Below, piece by piece: positions 46,646-56,998 of a DNA stretch of 64,000 nucleotides. The DNA comes from Longimicrobiales bacterium (GTDB lineage: Bacteria > Gemmatimonadota > Gemmatimonadetes > Longimicrobiales > Gaopeijiaceae), in the NCBI GenBank assembly GCA_965204735.1, contig OZ242008.1:512001-576000 (forward strand), in the 5' to 3' direction. A program made the translations under genes and the position numbers. The notes under the pieces are model-generated. The model ran no database searches, had not been told where the DNA came from, and saw only the letters and a program-made list of their open reading frames with translations. How positions within the stretch are numbered: the stretch's first letter is position 1; each line of letters opens with the position of its first letter.

Positions 46646-48289
46646 ATGATCGACCGCCGCCGCTTCGTCGGCGCGTCCGCCGCCGGGGGCGCCGCCGCCC
46701 TTCTCGGGGTCCAAGGCTGTGCGCCCGACGGCGCGCCCGACACCTCCGCTGACGGAGCCGGAGCCGCCGCGTCGAGCCCGCCGCCTCCCTTCGAGCTGGA
46801 CGAGGCCACCGTCGCCGACCTCCAGGCCGCCATGGAGTCGGGGGAACGCACCGCCCGCTCCATCGCCCAGCTCTACCTGGAGCGGATCGAGGCGCTGGAC
46901 GGACAGGGCCCGGAGCTTCGGTCCGTCATCGAGACCAACCCCGAAGCGCTGGAGATCGCCGACCGCCTGGACGAAGAGCGGCGGCGCAGCGGCCCCCGCG
47001 GCCCCCTTCACGGCATCCCCGTCGCCCTGAAGGACAACATCGACACCCACGACCGCATGACCACCACCGCCGGCTCCCTGGCGCTGGAGGGCTCGATCCC
47101 CCCGCAGGACTCCTTCATCGTCCGGAGGCTGCGGGAGGCCGGCGCCGTCGTGCTGGCCAAGCTCAACATGAGCGAGTGGGCCTACTTCCGGGGCGAGCGC
47201 GCCACCAGCGGCTGGAGCGCCCGGGGAGGCCAGTGCCGAAACCCCTACGCCCTGGACCGGAATCCGTGCGGCTCCAGCTCCGGCTCCGGCGTGGCGGCGG
47301 CCGCCAACCTCGCCGCGCTCACGATCGGAACCGAGACCGGCGGATCGATCATGTGCCCGTCGTCGATCAACGGGATCGTGGGCATCAAGCCGACGGTGGG
47401 GCTGTGGAGCCGGTCGGGCGTCATCCCCATCTCCCACTCCCAGGACACGGCGGGGCCGATGTGCCGGACCCTGCGGGACGCCGCCGTTCTCTTGGGTCCC
47501 CTTGCCGGCGTGGACCCTCGCGACCCGGCCACCGAAGCCGGACGGGGCGTCGCCCACGACGACTACGCCGCGTTCTTGGACCCCAGGGGACTGGAAGGCG
47601 CGCGGATCGGGGTCGCCCGCAGCTTCGGCGGCTTCTCGCCGGACGAGTGGGCGCTCTTCGAGGAAGCGGTGGCGGCGATGCGGGCCGGGGGCGCCGAAGT
47701 CGTGGACCCGGCCAACCTGCCGACGCCCGCATGGAACGACGAGCAGCCGCTCCTTGTCCTGGAGTACGAGTTCAAGGCGAACATGAACGCCTACCTGGCG
47801 AGCTTGGGACCGGACGCGCCGGTGAAGACGCTGGCCGAGATCATCGACTTCAACGAGCGGAACGCGGATCGGGAGATGCCCTTCTTCGGCCAGGAGCGCC
47901 TGATCGCGTCGCAGGCTCGAGGTCCCCTCGCCGACCCGGAGTACCTCGATGCGGTGCGCGCGATACAGAGAGGCGCTCGCGAGGACGGCATCGACGCCCT
48001 GATGGACCGCCACGACCTGGACGCCATCGTCGCGCCCACCCGCAGCGTGGCGTGGAAGACGGACCACATCGTCGGCGACCGGCTGAGCGGCGGCTCCAGC
48101 GCCGGCGTGGCGGCGATCGCCGGCTACCCGGACATCACCGTGCCGATGGGGTTCGTCTCGGGACTGCCGGTGGGCGTGTCGTTCTTCGGCCGCAAGTGGA
48201 GCGAGCCCGTGCTCCTGCGGATCGCCTACGGCTTCGAGCAGGCGACGCGGCACCGGACGCCGCCGACCTTTGCCCACACCCTCGGCTGA
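46646..48289 (+). CDS. Tat-exported amidase-signature enzyme
   Basis: DRRRFV; GPLHGIPVALKDN, CGSSSGS, GTETGGSI, GIKPT. Confidence 0.95.
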   Translation: MIDRRRFVGASAAGGAAALLGVQGCAPDGAPDTSADGAGAAASSPPPPFELDEATVADLQAAMESGERTARSIAQLYLERIEALDGQGPELRSVIETNPEALEIADRLDEERRRSGPRGPLHGIPVALKDNIDTHDRMTTTAGSLALEGSIPPQDSFIVRRLREAGAVVLAKLNMSEWAYFRGERATSGWSARGGQCRNPYALDRNPCGSSSGSGVAAAANLAALTIGTETGGSIMCPSSINGIVGIKPTVGLWSRSGVIPISHSQDTAGPMCRTLRDAAVLLGPLAGVDPRDPATEAGRGVAHDDYAAFLDPRGLEGARIGVARSFGGFSPDEWALFEEAVAAMRAGGAEVVDPANLPTPAWNDEQPLLVLEYEFKANMNAYLASLGPDAPVKTLAEIIDFNERNADREMPFFGQERLIASQARGPLADPEYLDAVRAIQRGAREDGIDALMDRHDLDAIVAPTRSVAWKTDHIVGDRLSGGSSAGVAAIAGYPDITVPMGFVSGLPVGVSFFGRKWSEPVLLRIAYGFEQATRHRTPPTFAHTLG

Positions 48290-48355
48290 CCCCCGCGCCG
48301 GAAGGGCGGCGCCGCCGCCAATCGACACTCTCCACCACCATCGAAAGGTGTCGTC

Positions 48356-48802
48356 ATGAGCATCCTCAAGAACGGCGGGGCCGCAGCGCTGGGCTGGCTC
48401 GTCATGGCCGTCGTCGTCTTCGTCGGTCACGCGCTGGCTTGGCTTGGGATGGGAGCCGAAGGCTCGTTCCAGCCGGACAGCTGGACGCCCTCGACCCTGT
48501 GGCCGATCGTCTCCATCGCGATCAACGCAGTCGCAGCGGTCCTGGGAGGCGTCGTGTGCGCAAAGGTGGCGCCCGACCGGTGGGGCGTCTGGGCGCTGGC
48601 GGGCATCGTGCTGGTCCTCGGCGTCTTGACGGCGCTGCTGGACGCGCCGGCGGCCGCCGGGCCCAGGCCGGCGGGCGTGTCCATGATGGAGGCGATGACG
48701 AACGCCCAGCCGCCCCGGTGGCTGACGTGGCTGAACCCGCTGGTGGGCGCGGCGGGAGCCCTCGCAGGCGCCGCCCTGGTGGACCGGCAGCGCCCCGGAT
48801 GA
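48356..48802 (+). CDS. Four-TM membrane protein
   Basis: AAGG RBS; four hydrophobic segments. Confidence 0.75.
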   Translation: MSILKNGGAAALGWLVMAVVVFVGHALAWLGMGAEGSFQPDSWTPSTLWPIVSIAINAVAAVLGGVVCAKVAPDRWGVWALAGIVLVLGVLTALLDAPAAAGPRPAGVSMMEAMTNAQPPRWLTWLNPLVGAAGALAGAALVDRQRPG

Positions 48803-48817
48803 CGCCACGGCGACCGG

Positions 48818-49228
48818 TCAGTCGATCCGGCCCCCCATCAGGTCGTGGACCCGCTGGGCTTGGTAGGCTTGGCCGACCCACCGGCTCACGCTGGTGCGGG
48901 AGGCCGGGTCGACTTCGGCGGCAAGGGCGGCCAAGCTGCTCCAAAGGAGGGCGGCCAGGCGAGTTTGGTCGGGAGCGTCGGAAGCGCAAGTAAGGACGAT
49001 CCAGCTGTCCAGCGGATCTGGGGATTGGGAGCCCTCGATGGCGTCGGGCTTCACCTCCAGCAGCAGCAACCGGTCTCCCGCCGCGCGAACCTGGGACCGA
49101 AGCCTGGCCCTGGATATCCGCGCGGAGGGCTTCCGGCGGTGCATCTCCACCAGCAGCTGCGACTCGGGGAGCGCGCCCGGACCGCAGCGGCGCAGGATGT
49201 CCACAATGCCCTCGGTCGTCCGAACCAT
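48818..49228 (-). CDS. Hypothetical protein, 136 aa
   Basis: AGGAG RBS before ATG; no motif recognised. Confidence 0.6.
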   Translation of the reverse strand: MVRTTEGIVDILRRCGPGALPESQLLVEMHRRKPSARISRARLRSQVRAAGDRLLLLEVKPDAIEGSQSPDPLDSWIVLTCASDAPDQTRLAALLWSSLAALAAEVDPASRTSVSRWVGQAYQAQRVHDLMGGRID

Positions 49229-49424
49229 GGTATTCTCCTGTTGAAGGGGGAACGATGAAGGGGGACCGATGCTTCCGGCGACGAAGCGCCGGGAGGGGCT
49301 TCGACCCTAACGAACGCACGGGTTCGGACAAAGACCAACGGGCGCTGGCCGGACGCTTTGGGACTAGCTTCCAAGGCCCAAGGGAAACGGAGGACCTCCC
49401 AAGGCCAAGGAAACGGAGGACGCA

Positions 49425-49880
49425 GTGAGCGAGCCGGAGAAGGACCCCAAGGAGCTGAAGAACCGACTTCGAGCCGACCTGAACGGGGCTCGGAGGAGCC
49501 GAGACAAGGCGCGAACCCTTGTCCTCTCGACGGTGCTTTCGGAAGTGCGGAACCGGGAGATCGACACAGGCGCCTCCCTGGACGACGAGGGCGTTCGGGG
49601 CGTCCTGGCCAAGGCGATCAAGCAGCGCAAGGACGCCGCCGCCCAGATGCGGGAGGGCGGCAGGCCGGAGCTGGCCGAGAACGAGGAGGACCAGGCTCGG
49701 CTCCTCCGGGAGTACTTGCCTCCGGAGCTGACGGAGGCCGAGGTGCGGGCGTTCGTCAGGGAGATCGTGAAGGGGGGCGCGGGCCACGTCGGCGCGGTCA
49801 TGTCGCAGCTGATGCCCCGCGTCCGAGGACGCTTCGACGGCAAGACTGCTTCCCGAATCGCTCGGGAGGAGCTGGGGTAG
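49425..49880 (+). CDS. GatB/YqeY domain protein
   Basis: KAIKQRKDA, GGRPELAENE, YLPPELTE, GAVM, GRFDGK. Confidence 0.92.
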   Translation: MSEPEKDPKELKNRLRADLNGARRSRDKARTLVLSTVLSEVRNREIDTGASLDDEGVRGVLAKAIKQRKDAAAQMREGGRPELAENEEDQARLLREYLPPELTEAEVRAFVREIVKGGAGHVGAVMSQLMPRVRGRFDGKTASRIAREELG

Positions 49881-52085
49881 GTGTCGGGGCGCGCCCTGCG
49901 GGTCTTGGAGTTCGACACGGTCCTGGAGCACGTCGCCGGCTTCGCCGCCACCGATGCCGGAAGGGAGGCGGTGCGCAGACTGGCGCCGGCCGCCGACCCG
50001 GAAGTCGTTCGCGCCCGCTTGGCCGCCACCGCCGAGGTCGTCCGCTTTCTGGCGGCGCGTCCCGACTGGTTCTTTCCCGACCTCCCCGACCCCGCCCCGG
50101 CGCTGGAGCGGCTGGCGGTGGAAGGATCGGTTCTCGATCCGGGCGAGCTCCACCGCTTGGCCGCGCTCCTGGCCGCCGCACGGTCGCTGGCCCGCTCCTT
50201 GGCCGCCGAGCCCCGGGACCAGGCCCCCGCCCTGGACGCCCTGGCGGCCGGATTGGCGGAGGAACCGGCCCTGCAAGCCTCTCTGGACCGCGCCGTGGAC
50301 CGGGAGGGCAGGGTTCTGGACACCGCCAGCCGGGAGCTGGGGCGCATCCGCGGCAGCCTGGCCGGCGCCCACAACCGGCTCGTGGCCCATCTGGAGGCGG
50401 TGCTGGAGGGAGTGAGCGAAGCTCATCGGGTCCCCAGCGCCTCGGTCACGATTCGGGAAGGACGCTACGTGATCCCGATCCGGCGGGAAGGGAAGCGCGC
50501 CCTGGGCGGCTGCGTGCACGACGAATCGGCGACCGGCGCCACCGTGTTCGTCGAGCCGCCGTCGGCCGTCGCGATGATGAACCGGATCCGCGAGCTGCGG
50601 CGCGCCGAGGGCCGGGAGGTCCAGCGCGTCCTGCGGGAGCTCACCCGGCAGTGCCGAGCTGTTGCGCAGCCCATGACCGGCTCCTTCGACGCCCTCGTGG
50701 AGATGGACCGGCGCGTCGCCTTGGCCCGCGCTGCCCGGGACTGGGACGGCGCCGTCCCCGAGGTGGCCGAGTGGCCGACGAAGGGGCGCCCCCGCAAGCC
50801 GTCCCCGACCTTGTCCGGAGCCCCGCCTCCAGGTCGGTTCCCCGCGCACTCTCCCGACTCGGTCGAGCCCCCGCCTCCAGGTCGCCCCCAGCCGCTGCTG
50901 TCGATCCGAGGCGGCCGTCACCCGCTCCTGGTCGCCGCGGGCGCGGCCCCGGTGCCGTTCGACATGGCGCTGAACCCGGACGAGGGGGTCGTGGTGGTGA
51001 CGGGTCCCAACGCCGGCGGCAAGACCGTCTTCCTCAAGTCCGTGGGGTTGGCGTCGGTCCTGGCCCAGTCGGGGGCGATCCCGCCGGTGGCGCCCGGCAC
51101 CCGCCTTCCCGTCTTCGACTCCTTCTTCGCCGACGTGGGCGACCAGCAGTCCATCGCAGACAGCCTCTCCACCTTCTCCGCCCACCTGCGGAACCTCAAG
51201 GAGACGCTGGAAGGCGCAGGCCCCCGGTCCCTCGTGCTGGTGGACGAGCCCGGCACCGGCACGGATCCGAAGGAGGGCGAAGCGCTGGGCCGAGCTCTGG
51301 TCGAGACCCTGGCCGAACTCGGGTGCACCGCCGTGGTCACCTCCCACATGGGCGCCCTCAAGCAGCTGGCGGCTCCCGGCAACCGGATCGTAAACGCATC
51401 GCTGGAGTTCGACCCGGATCGGCTGATGCCCACCTACCGCTTCGCCAAGGGCAGGCCGGGACGCAGCTACGGCCTCTCCATCGCCCGGGGGATGGGGTTC
51501 CCCGCGCCCGTCCTGGACCGCGCCGAGCGCTACCGGGACCAGGCCGAGGCCCGCTTGGACGACCTCCTGGCCAGCTTGGAGGAGAAGGAGCGCCGGGCCG
51601 CCCGGCTGGCGGGCGACGCCGAGCGCGATCGGGCACGGTCCTCCGCGCTTCGAACCGATCTGGAAGCCGAGGCGGCCAAGCTCCGGGAGCGGGAGCGGGC
51701 CCACGCGAAGAGCTCCCGGGCAGAGGCCCGGAAGATGCTGCTGGAAGCCCGCAGGGAGGTGGAAGAGGCCATCGCCGAGATGGAGGCGCAGCTTCGGGAA
51801 GGAGCGCGCTTGAAGGAGGCGGCCCGGAACGCCCGGCGGAGGGTCGAGGAGGCGGCCCGGACGCTGGACGCCTCCCAGGACCGGGAGCCGGGGCGGCGCC
51901 GCCGACCTGAGGACGCCCCCGGCTTCCCCGACGCCGCCTTGTTGGCGCCGGGGGCCCAGGTCCGCTTCGCCGGTTCGGGCGCCACCGGCGTCCTCGTGGC
52001 CGTCGAGAACGGGCGGGCCGTGGTCGAAGTCGGCGGGGTCCGAATGAGAGTCGCCTCCCGGCTCCTGTCGGCGGTCCCGAGATGA
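49881..52085 (+). CDS. mutS2: MutS2 family protein lacking a C-terminal Smr domain
   Basis: LRVLEF, VHDESATGATVFVEP, TGPNAGGKT, DVGDQQSI, LSTFS, VDEPGTGTDPKEG; ends after a KOW-like segment. Confidence 0.9.
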   Translation: MSGRALRVLEFDTVLEHVAGFAATDAGREAVRRLAPAADPEVVRARLAATAEVVRFLAARPDWFFPDLPDPAPALERLAVEGSVLDPGELHRLAALLAAARSLARSLAAEPRDQAPALDALAAGLAEEPALQASLDRAVDREGRVLDTASRELGRIRGSLAGAHNRLVAHLEAVLEGVSEAHRVPSASVTIREGRYVIPIRREGKRALGGCVHDESATGATVFVEPPSAVAMMNRIRELRRAEGREVQRVLRELTRQCRAVAQPMTGSFDALVEMDRRVALARAARDWDGAVPEVAEWPTKGRPRKPSPTLSGAPPPGRFPAHSPDSVEPPPPGRPQPLLSIRGGRHPLLVAAGAAPVPFDMALNPDEGVVVVTGPNAGGKTVFLKSVGLASVLAQSGAIPPVAPGTRLPVFDSFFADVGDQQSIADSLSTFSAHLRNLKETLEGAGPRSLVLVDEPGTGTDPKEGEALGRALVETLAELGCTAVVTSHMGALKQLAAPGNRIVNASLEFDPDRLMPTYRFAKGRPGRSYGLSIARGMGFPAPVLDRAERYRDQAEARLDDLLASLEEKERRAARLAGDAERDRARSSALRTDLEAEAAKLRERERAHAKSSRAEARKMLLEARREVEEAIAEMEAQLREGARLKEAARNARRRVEEAARTLDASQDREPGRRRRPEDAPGFPDAALLAPGAQVRFAGSGATGVLVAVENGRAVVEVGGVRMRVASRLLSAVPR

Positions 52086-53881
52086 TCCGCGACGAGGTGG
52101 TCGAGGAGGTCCGGGCCCGAGCGGACATCGTCGGGATCATCGGCGAGTTCGTGCAGCTCAAGAAGTCGGGAAAGGAGTTCAAGGGGCTCAGCCCCTTCAA
52201 GAACGAGCGCACGCCGTCGTTCTGCGTAGTCCCGTCGAAGGGGTTCTTCAAGGACTTTTCGTCCGGCGAGTCGGGAGACGTCTTCCACTTCCTCATGAAG
52301 CACCAGGGAATGAGCTTCGTCGAGGCCGTCAAGTACGTGGGCGCCCGAAGCGGCGTGGAAGTGCGCGAGACGCGCAACTGGGGCGCCGACGACGACCCGT
52401 GGCGTCCGTACCGGGAGGTCGTGGCCTACGCCAACGCCTTCTTCCAGGAGCGTCTGTGGGAGTGGGAGGGCGGCGCGGGCGCCCGCGAGTACTTGGAGCG
52501 ACGGGGCATCGAGCGGGAGACGGCCGAAGAGTTCGGCCTGGGATACGCGCCCGACGAGTGGCGAGCCTTCTGCGCCGCGGCGACGGTCCACGGCTTCGAC
52601 GAAGGCATGATGGTCGAGAGCGGGCTCATCAAGCAGAGCGAAAAGAACGACGAGCCCTACGACGCGTTTCGCGACCGAATCACCTTTCCCATCGAATCGG
52701 AGAGCGGGCGGGTCCTGGGCTTCGGCGGACGGCTCCTCGGCCCCCACGGCAAGGGGTTGCCCAAGTACCTCAACTCGCCCGAGAGCCCTCTCTTCCGCAA
52801 GGGCGAGGTCCTTTACGGAATGAGCCGCGCCAAGAACCACGTCCGGCGGGAAGGCGTGCTCCTGCTGGTGGAGGGCTACATGGACGTGGTGTCCCTCGCG
52901 TCGGCAGGGATCCGCAACGCCGTCGCCCCCTTGGGAACCGCGTTCACGGAGCAGCAGGCCGACATCGCCGCTCGCTACTCCAAGGAAGTTCGGCTGATCT
53001 TCGACAGCGACTCCGCCGGCCTGCGCGCCACCTTCAGGGCCGCCGACGTCCTGCTGAGCCGGGGGCTGCACCCGTCGGTGGCGACGCTCCCCGACGGCGA
53101 GGACCCGGACTCGGTGGCGCGCTCCGGGGGCGCCGAGGCGATGCGCGAGTTCCTGCGCCAAGCGGTCGACGTGCTGGAGCGCAAGATCGGCATCTTGGAG
53201 GAGCGGGAGTGGTTCTCGTCGATCGAGAGGACCCGAAGTGCGCTGGACCGCCTGCTGCCCACTCTTCGGGCGGCAAAGGACCCCCAGCTGCGGGACCTGT
53301 ACTTGGCCCGGGTGGCGGAGCGCACGGACGTTCGCCGGGAGACGCTGGAAGCCGAGCTCCGGAAGTCGCCGGCGGCCGCGACCCGCCACCGTCCGCAAGC
53401 GCGGGCGCGTCGTCCCGCACCGAAGGTCCACGGACGGGGGCCGGAACGGATGCTCCTCCTCCTCCTCCTCCACGATCGGCGCTGGGTGGAGCCCGCGTCC
53501 GAAAGAATCGGCCCGGCGGACTTGGAGGATCGCACCTGCCGTGCCATCTTCGAGATGCTGTTGGACGATCCAGAGTTGCGCTCGCCGCCCGAGGAGGCCG
53601 ATCCGGCCGTCGTTCGGCGCTTCGAGGAGCTGATGACCGACGAAGAAGCCAGGGAGCCGGCGACCCGACTTTTCGAGGATGCGATCTCCAAGATCCTGGT
53701 CGCCGGGCTGGACCGTCGACTGGACGCACTCGACCACGAGATCGGGGCCGCCCGGGACGAGGCGCGGAAGCACGAGCTGGTTGGGGAGAAGACGCGACTG
53801 ACGAGGGAAAAGCGGGACCTGGGCGTTGACTGGCGCAAGGCGGCCGCCGTCCGAACGGCCGTCCGGGGCGCGCCATCGTGA
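52082..53881 (+). CDS. dnaG: DNA primase
   Basis: GLSPFKNERTPSF, FRDRITFPI, FGGR, KYLNSPE, VEGYMD, FDSDSAG, DPD. Confidence 0.97.
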   Translation: MIRDEVVEEVRARADIVGIIGEFVQLKKSGKEFKGLSPFKNERTPSFCVVPSKGFFKDFSSGESGDVFHFLMKHQGMSFVEAVKYVGARSGVEVRETRNWGADDDPWRPYREVVAYANAFFQERLWEWEGGAGAREYLERRGIERETAEEFGLGYAPDEWRAFCAAATVHGFDEGMMVESGLIKQSEKNDEPYDAFRDRITFPIESESGRVLGFGGRLLGPHGKGLPKYLNSPESPLFRKGEVLYGMSRAKNHVRREGVLLLVEGYMDVVSLASAGIRNAVAPLGTAFTEQQADIAARYSKEVRLIFDSDSAGLRATFRAADVLLSRGLHPSVATLPDGEDPDSVARSGGAEAMREFLRQAVDVLERKIGILEEREWFSSIERTRSALDRLLPTLRAAKDPQLRDLYLARVAERTDVRRETLEAELRKSPAAATRHRPQARARRPAPKVHGRGPERMLLLLLLHDRRWVEPASERIGPADLEDRTCRAIFEMLLDDPELRSPPEEADPAVVRRFEELMTDEEAREPATRLFEDAISKILVAGLDRRLDALDHEIGAARDEARKHELVGEKTRLTREKRDLGVDWRKAAAVRTAVRGAPS

Positions 53882-53909
53882 CCACCTTGAACAAGGGAGG
53901 ACGGACATA

Positions 53910-54662
53910 GTGACGGCGGACGCCGATCCGACATCGAGCCGGTTGCGGGAGTTGCAGTCCCTCGACAACCGGATCCGCCGGACGCGCGAACGGATCGCCT
54001 CGTTCGACCCTTTGCTCGAGGAGGTCGAGGAGTCGGCGGAAGGACTGGCGGCGGCGGCCGGCGCCACGGCCGAGCGGGTCAAGGAGCTTCATCTGGAGGA
54101 ACGGCGGCTCCGGCTGGCTGCCGAGGAGAAGCGGGCCAGGATCAAGAAGCTGGAGGACCGCCTCGACAACGTTCGGACCGTTCGAGAGGAAGCGGCGGTA
54201 CAGACGGAGCTGGGGATGGTTCGGCGGGCGGCGGACGAGGAGGAGCAGGACGTGATCAACCTGCTGGACCAGATCGGCCGCTTCGAGGAGCGGGTGGACG
54301 CCCAGCAGTCGGCCTCGGAGGAAGCGCGGGCCGCCGTCGAGCCGCGCAAGCGGGAGCTCCTGGCCGAGCGGGCGGCGGCCCAGGCCGAGCTTGACGACCT
54401 GACCCGCCGGCGCGAAGAGGTCGCCTCCGCCGTCGATTCCCGTTTCCGCCACGTGTACGAGAACTTGGCGCGCGGCGGCAGGCGGCAAGCGCTCGCGCCG
54501 ATGACCGAAGACGGAGCTTGCGGCGCGTGCTTCTCCGTGATCCCGCTTCAGCTCCAGAACGAGATCCGCACGACGGCGCCTTTGGTCCTGTGCGAAGCCT
54601 GCGGGATCATCGTGACCGCGCCGGAGTCCGCCGAGGAAGAGCTGGACGCCCAATCGGCATGA
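53910..54662 (+). CDS. Coiled-coil protein with C4-type Zn ribbon (DUF164-like)
   Basis: LRELQSLD, long coiled coil, CGAC...CEACG; GGAGG RBS. Confidence 0.88.
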   Translation: MTADADPTSSRLRELQSLDNRIRRTRERIASFDPLLEEVEESAEGLAAAAGATAERVKELHLEERRLRLAAEEKRARIKKLEDRLDNVRTVREEAAVQTELGMVRRAADEEEQDVINLLDQIGRFEERVDAQQSASEEARAAVEPRKRELLAERAAAQAELDDLTRRREEVASAVDSRFRHVYENLARGGRRQALAPMTEDGACGACFSVIPLQLQNEIRTTAPLVLCEACGIIVTAPESAEEELDAQSA

Positions 54663-56392
54663 CGCCGGGGCCCAGGCCCCGCTGGCGCCTCCGTCCGCCG
54701 CCGTCGCCTGCGGCAGTTCGCGAGCTGGGGCGCGCTCTGAACCTCTCTCCGGCCTTCTGCCGCCTTCTGGCTGCCCGCAAGCACGACACGCCCGACGGCG
54801 CCAAGTCCTTCCTTCGACCCCTCCTGGCGGAGCTCCACGACCCCGCCGGCCTCCTCGGCGCGGAGGCGGCGGCCCGGCGGCTGGCCCGGGCGGCGCGGAA
54901 CCGGGAGCGAGTGCTGGTTCACGGCGACTACGACGTGGACGGGATCGCCGGGGCGGCCCTCTTGGTCGAGTGGCTCCGCGCTCTCGGGGCCCGCGCGGAA
55001 GCTTTCGTGCCCCACCGGCGCGACGGCTACGACCTGGGCCAGTCGGGAGTGGCTCGGGGCGTGGAGCGGGGCGCGACCGTGCTCGTCACCGTGGATTGCG
55101 GGACCACCGCGACGAGGTGGGTGCGCAGCGCCGGCGAAGCGGGGATGGACGTGATCGTGACCGACCACCACCGTCCCGCCCCGGAGCTGCCGCCTGCGCT
55201 GGCGCTGGTCAACCCTGTCCAGCCCGGATGCGGCTACGCCAACAAGGACCTGTGCGGCGCCGGCGTCGCCTTCAAGGTCGGCCAGCTGACGGCGCGGATG
55301 CTGGGAAGACCGGAAGACGAGGCGTGGGAGCGGCTGGACCTGGTCGCCCTGGCCACGGTCGCCGACCAAGTGCGCCTTTCGGGCGAGAATCGGATCCTGG
55401 TCCGCTACGGCCTCAAGGCGGCGTCTCGCGTGGCGGTCCCGGCGGCCCGACCCGGCTTGGCGGCCTTGGCGGCTCGGTCCAGGGCGACGTCCAACGGCCG
55501 GCCCCTGGATTCGGGCGCCGTGGCGTTCCGCTTGGCGCCCCGGATCAACGCGGCCGGGCGGATGGGCGATCCGCTGGAGGCGCTGCGCCTCTTGCTGACC
55601 CGCGACCCGGTCGAGGCCGAGGCGCTGGCCGACAGTCTGGAAGCGGCCAACGAGGAACGCCGGCGAACCGAGCGCCGCATCGTGGAGGAAGCCCTGGAGG
55701 CCCTGCGCGGGTCCTACGACCCGATCCGAGACCGGGCAGTGGTCGTGGCCGGGGACGGGTGGCACCCCGGCGTGGTCGGGATCGTGGCGTCGCGCATCGC
55801 CGAGCAGCTCCACCGGCCGGCCGTAGTGGTCGCCCTCGAGCAAGAGCGCGGCCGGGGAAGCGCTCGCTCGATCCCCGCGTTCGACGTCCACGACGCCCTC
55901 GTCGAGTGCCGCGAGCATCTCGAGCGCTTCGGCGGCCATCGGCAGGCGGCGGGCATGGACGTCCGACGAGAGAAGGTGGAGGCGTTCCGCGAGGCGTTCC
56001 TGGCGGCTGCCCGGGAGCGTCTCGGCGAGGAAGAGCCCCGGCCCGTGCTCACCGCCGACATGGAGGTCGGCCTGGACGAGCTGGACGCCGACTTCCGACG
56101 GTTTCTGCGCTACTTCGGTCCCCACGGGCGCGGCAATCCGAGACCGCTCTTCGTCGCCCGGCGCGTGCGAACGGACGGACCTGCGAAGGCGACGAAGGGA
56201 GGCCACTTGCGGTTTCGGATGGTGCAGGGCCGGTCGGGGCTCCCCGCCTTCGGTCCACGGCTGGCGGAGAGGTTGTCGGCCGAGAGCCTTTCCGCCCGCC
56301 CGGTGGACGTGGCGTTCAGCTTGACAGAAAACACTTATGGGGGCCATGTGACGATGGAGGCCAAGGTTCGGGACGTTCGCCCGAGCCGGTGA
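54659..56392 (+). CDS. recJ: ssDNA exonuclease RecJ
   Basis: HGDYDVDG, TVDCG, VTDHH, ATVAD, APRINAAGRM, GSARS, FGGH. Confidence 0.96.
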   Translation: MTPGPRPRWRLRPPPSPAAVRELGRALNLSPAFCRLLAARKHDTPDGAKSFLRPLLAELHDPAGLLGAEAAARRLARAARNRERVLVHGDYDVDGIAGAALLVEWLRALGARAEAFVPHRRDGYDLGQSGVARGVERGATVLVTVDCGTTATRWVRSAGEAGMDVIVTDHHRPAPELPPALALVNPVQPGCGYANKDLCGAGVAFKVGQLTARMLGRPEDEAWERLDLVALATVADQVRLSGENRILVRYGLKAASRVAVPAARPGLAALAARSRATSNGRPLDSGAVAFRLAPRINAAGRMGDPLEALRLLLTRDPVEAEALADSLEAANEERRRTERRIVEEALEALRGSYDPIRDRAVVVAGDGWHPGVVGIVASRIAEQLHRPAVVVALEQERGRGSARSIPAFDVHDALVECREHLERFGGHRQAAGMDVRREKVEAFREAFLAAARERLGEEEPRPVLTADMEVGLDELDADFRRFLRYFGPHGRGNPRPLFVARRVRTDGPAKATKGGHLRFRMVQGRSGLPAFGPRLAERLSAESLSARPVDVAFSLTENTYGGHVTMEAKVRDVRPSR

Positions 56393-56464
56393 CCCGGCCA
56401 TGTCGGGACGCCGGGCGGCCTTCGGACTCTGCACGCCGGACCCCCCGGAGGAGGGCGGGCTGCC

Positions 56465-56998
56465 ATGCGGATCATCGGCGGAGAGTGGAAGGGCCGAAGG
56501 TTGGAGCCGGTCCGCAGCCGGGGCGTGCGGCCCACGGCGGACCGGGTGCGAGAGGCTTGGATGTCGATCCTCCAGGCGCGGCTTCCGGGCGCGTCGGTGC
56601 TGGACCTCTTCGCCGGGTCGGGCGCCGTGGGCCTGGAGGCGCTGAGCCGGGGCGCGGCCCACGTCGTGTTCGTGGAGCGGAACCAGCGCGCGGCGCGGGC
56701 GCTCAAGCGGAACGTCCAGCGGCTGAGGGCGTCCGGGTCGTGCACCGTCGTCGTCGCCGACGCCCTGACCTACGCCCAAGGGCTGTCGCCCCTCTCCTGC
56801 GACTTGGCCCTGGCCGACCCGCCCTACGGCCGCGGCTTGGCCGGCCGGCTCCTTTCCGCCTACCTCCGTCTCCCCTTTGCGAGGGAGCTCTGGGTGGAGC
56901 ACCGCCGCGGCGAATCCCTGCCTCGGGCGACGGAAGCGGTGCAGAGGCGCTACGGCGACACGGTGCTGACAGGCGTGACGGCGGGAGGTCCGGCGTGA
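56465..56998 (+). CDS. rsmD: 16S rRNA m2G966 methyltransferase
   Basis: MRIIGGEWKGR, RPTADRVRE, LDLFAGSGAVGLEALSRGA, DPPY. Confidence 0.95.
   Translation: MRIIGGEWKGRRLEPVRSRGVRPTADRVREAWMSILQARLPGASVLDLFAGSGAVGLEALSRGAAHVVFVERNQRAARALKRNVQRLRASGSCTVVVADALTYAQGLSPLSCDLALADPPYGRGLAGRLLSAYLRLPFARELWVEHRRGESLPRATEAVQRRYGDTVLTGVTAGGPA

Noticed and set aside
49229..49370. tRNA or riboswitch in intergenic gaps (also 18920-19330, 30130-30290)
   Set aside because: No cloverleaf or recognisable riboswitch consensus by eye; an Infernal/Rfam scan would be needed to exclude it.
49371..49421. ~24-bp tandem duplication containing GGAGG before yqeY
   Set aside because: Simple local duplication of the RBS region; no further evidence of function.
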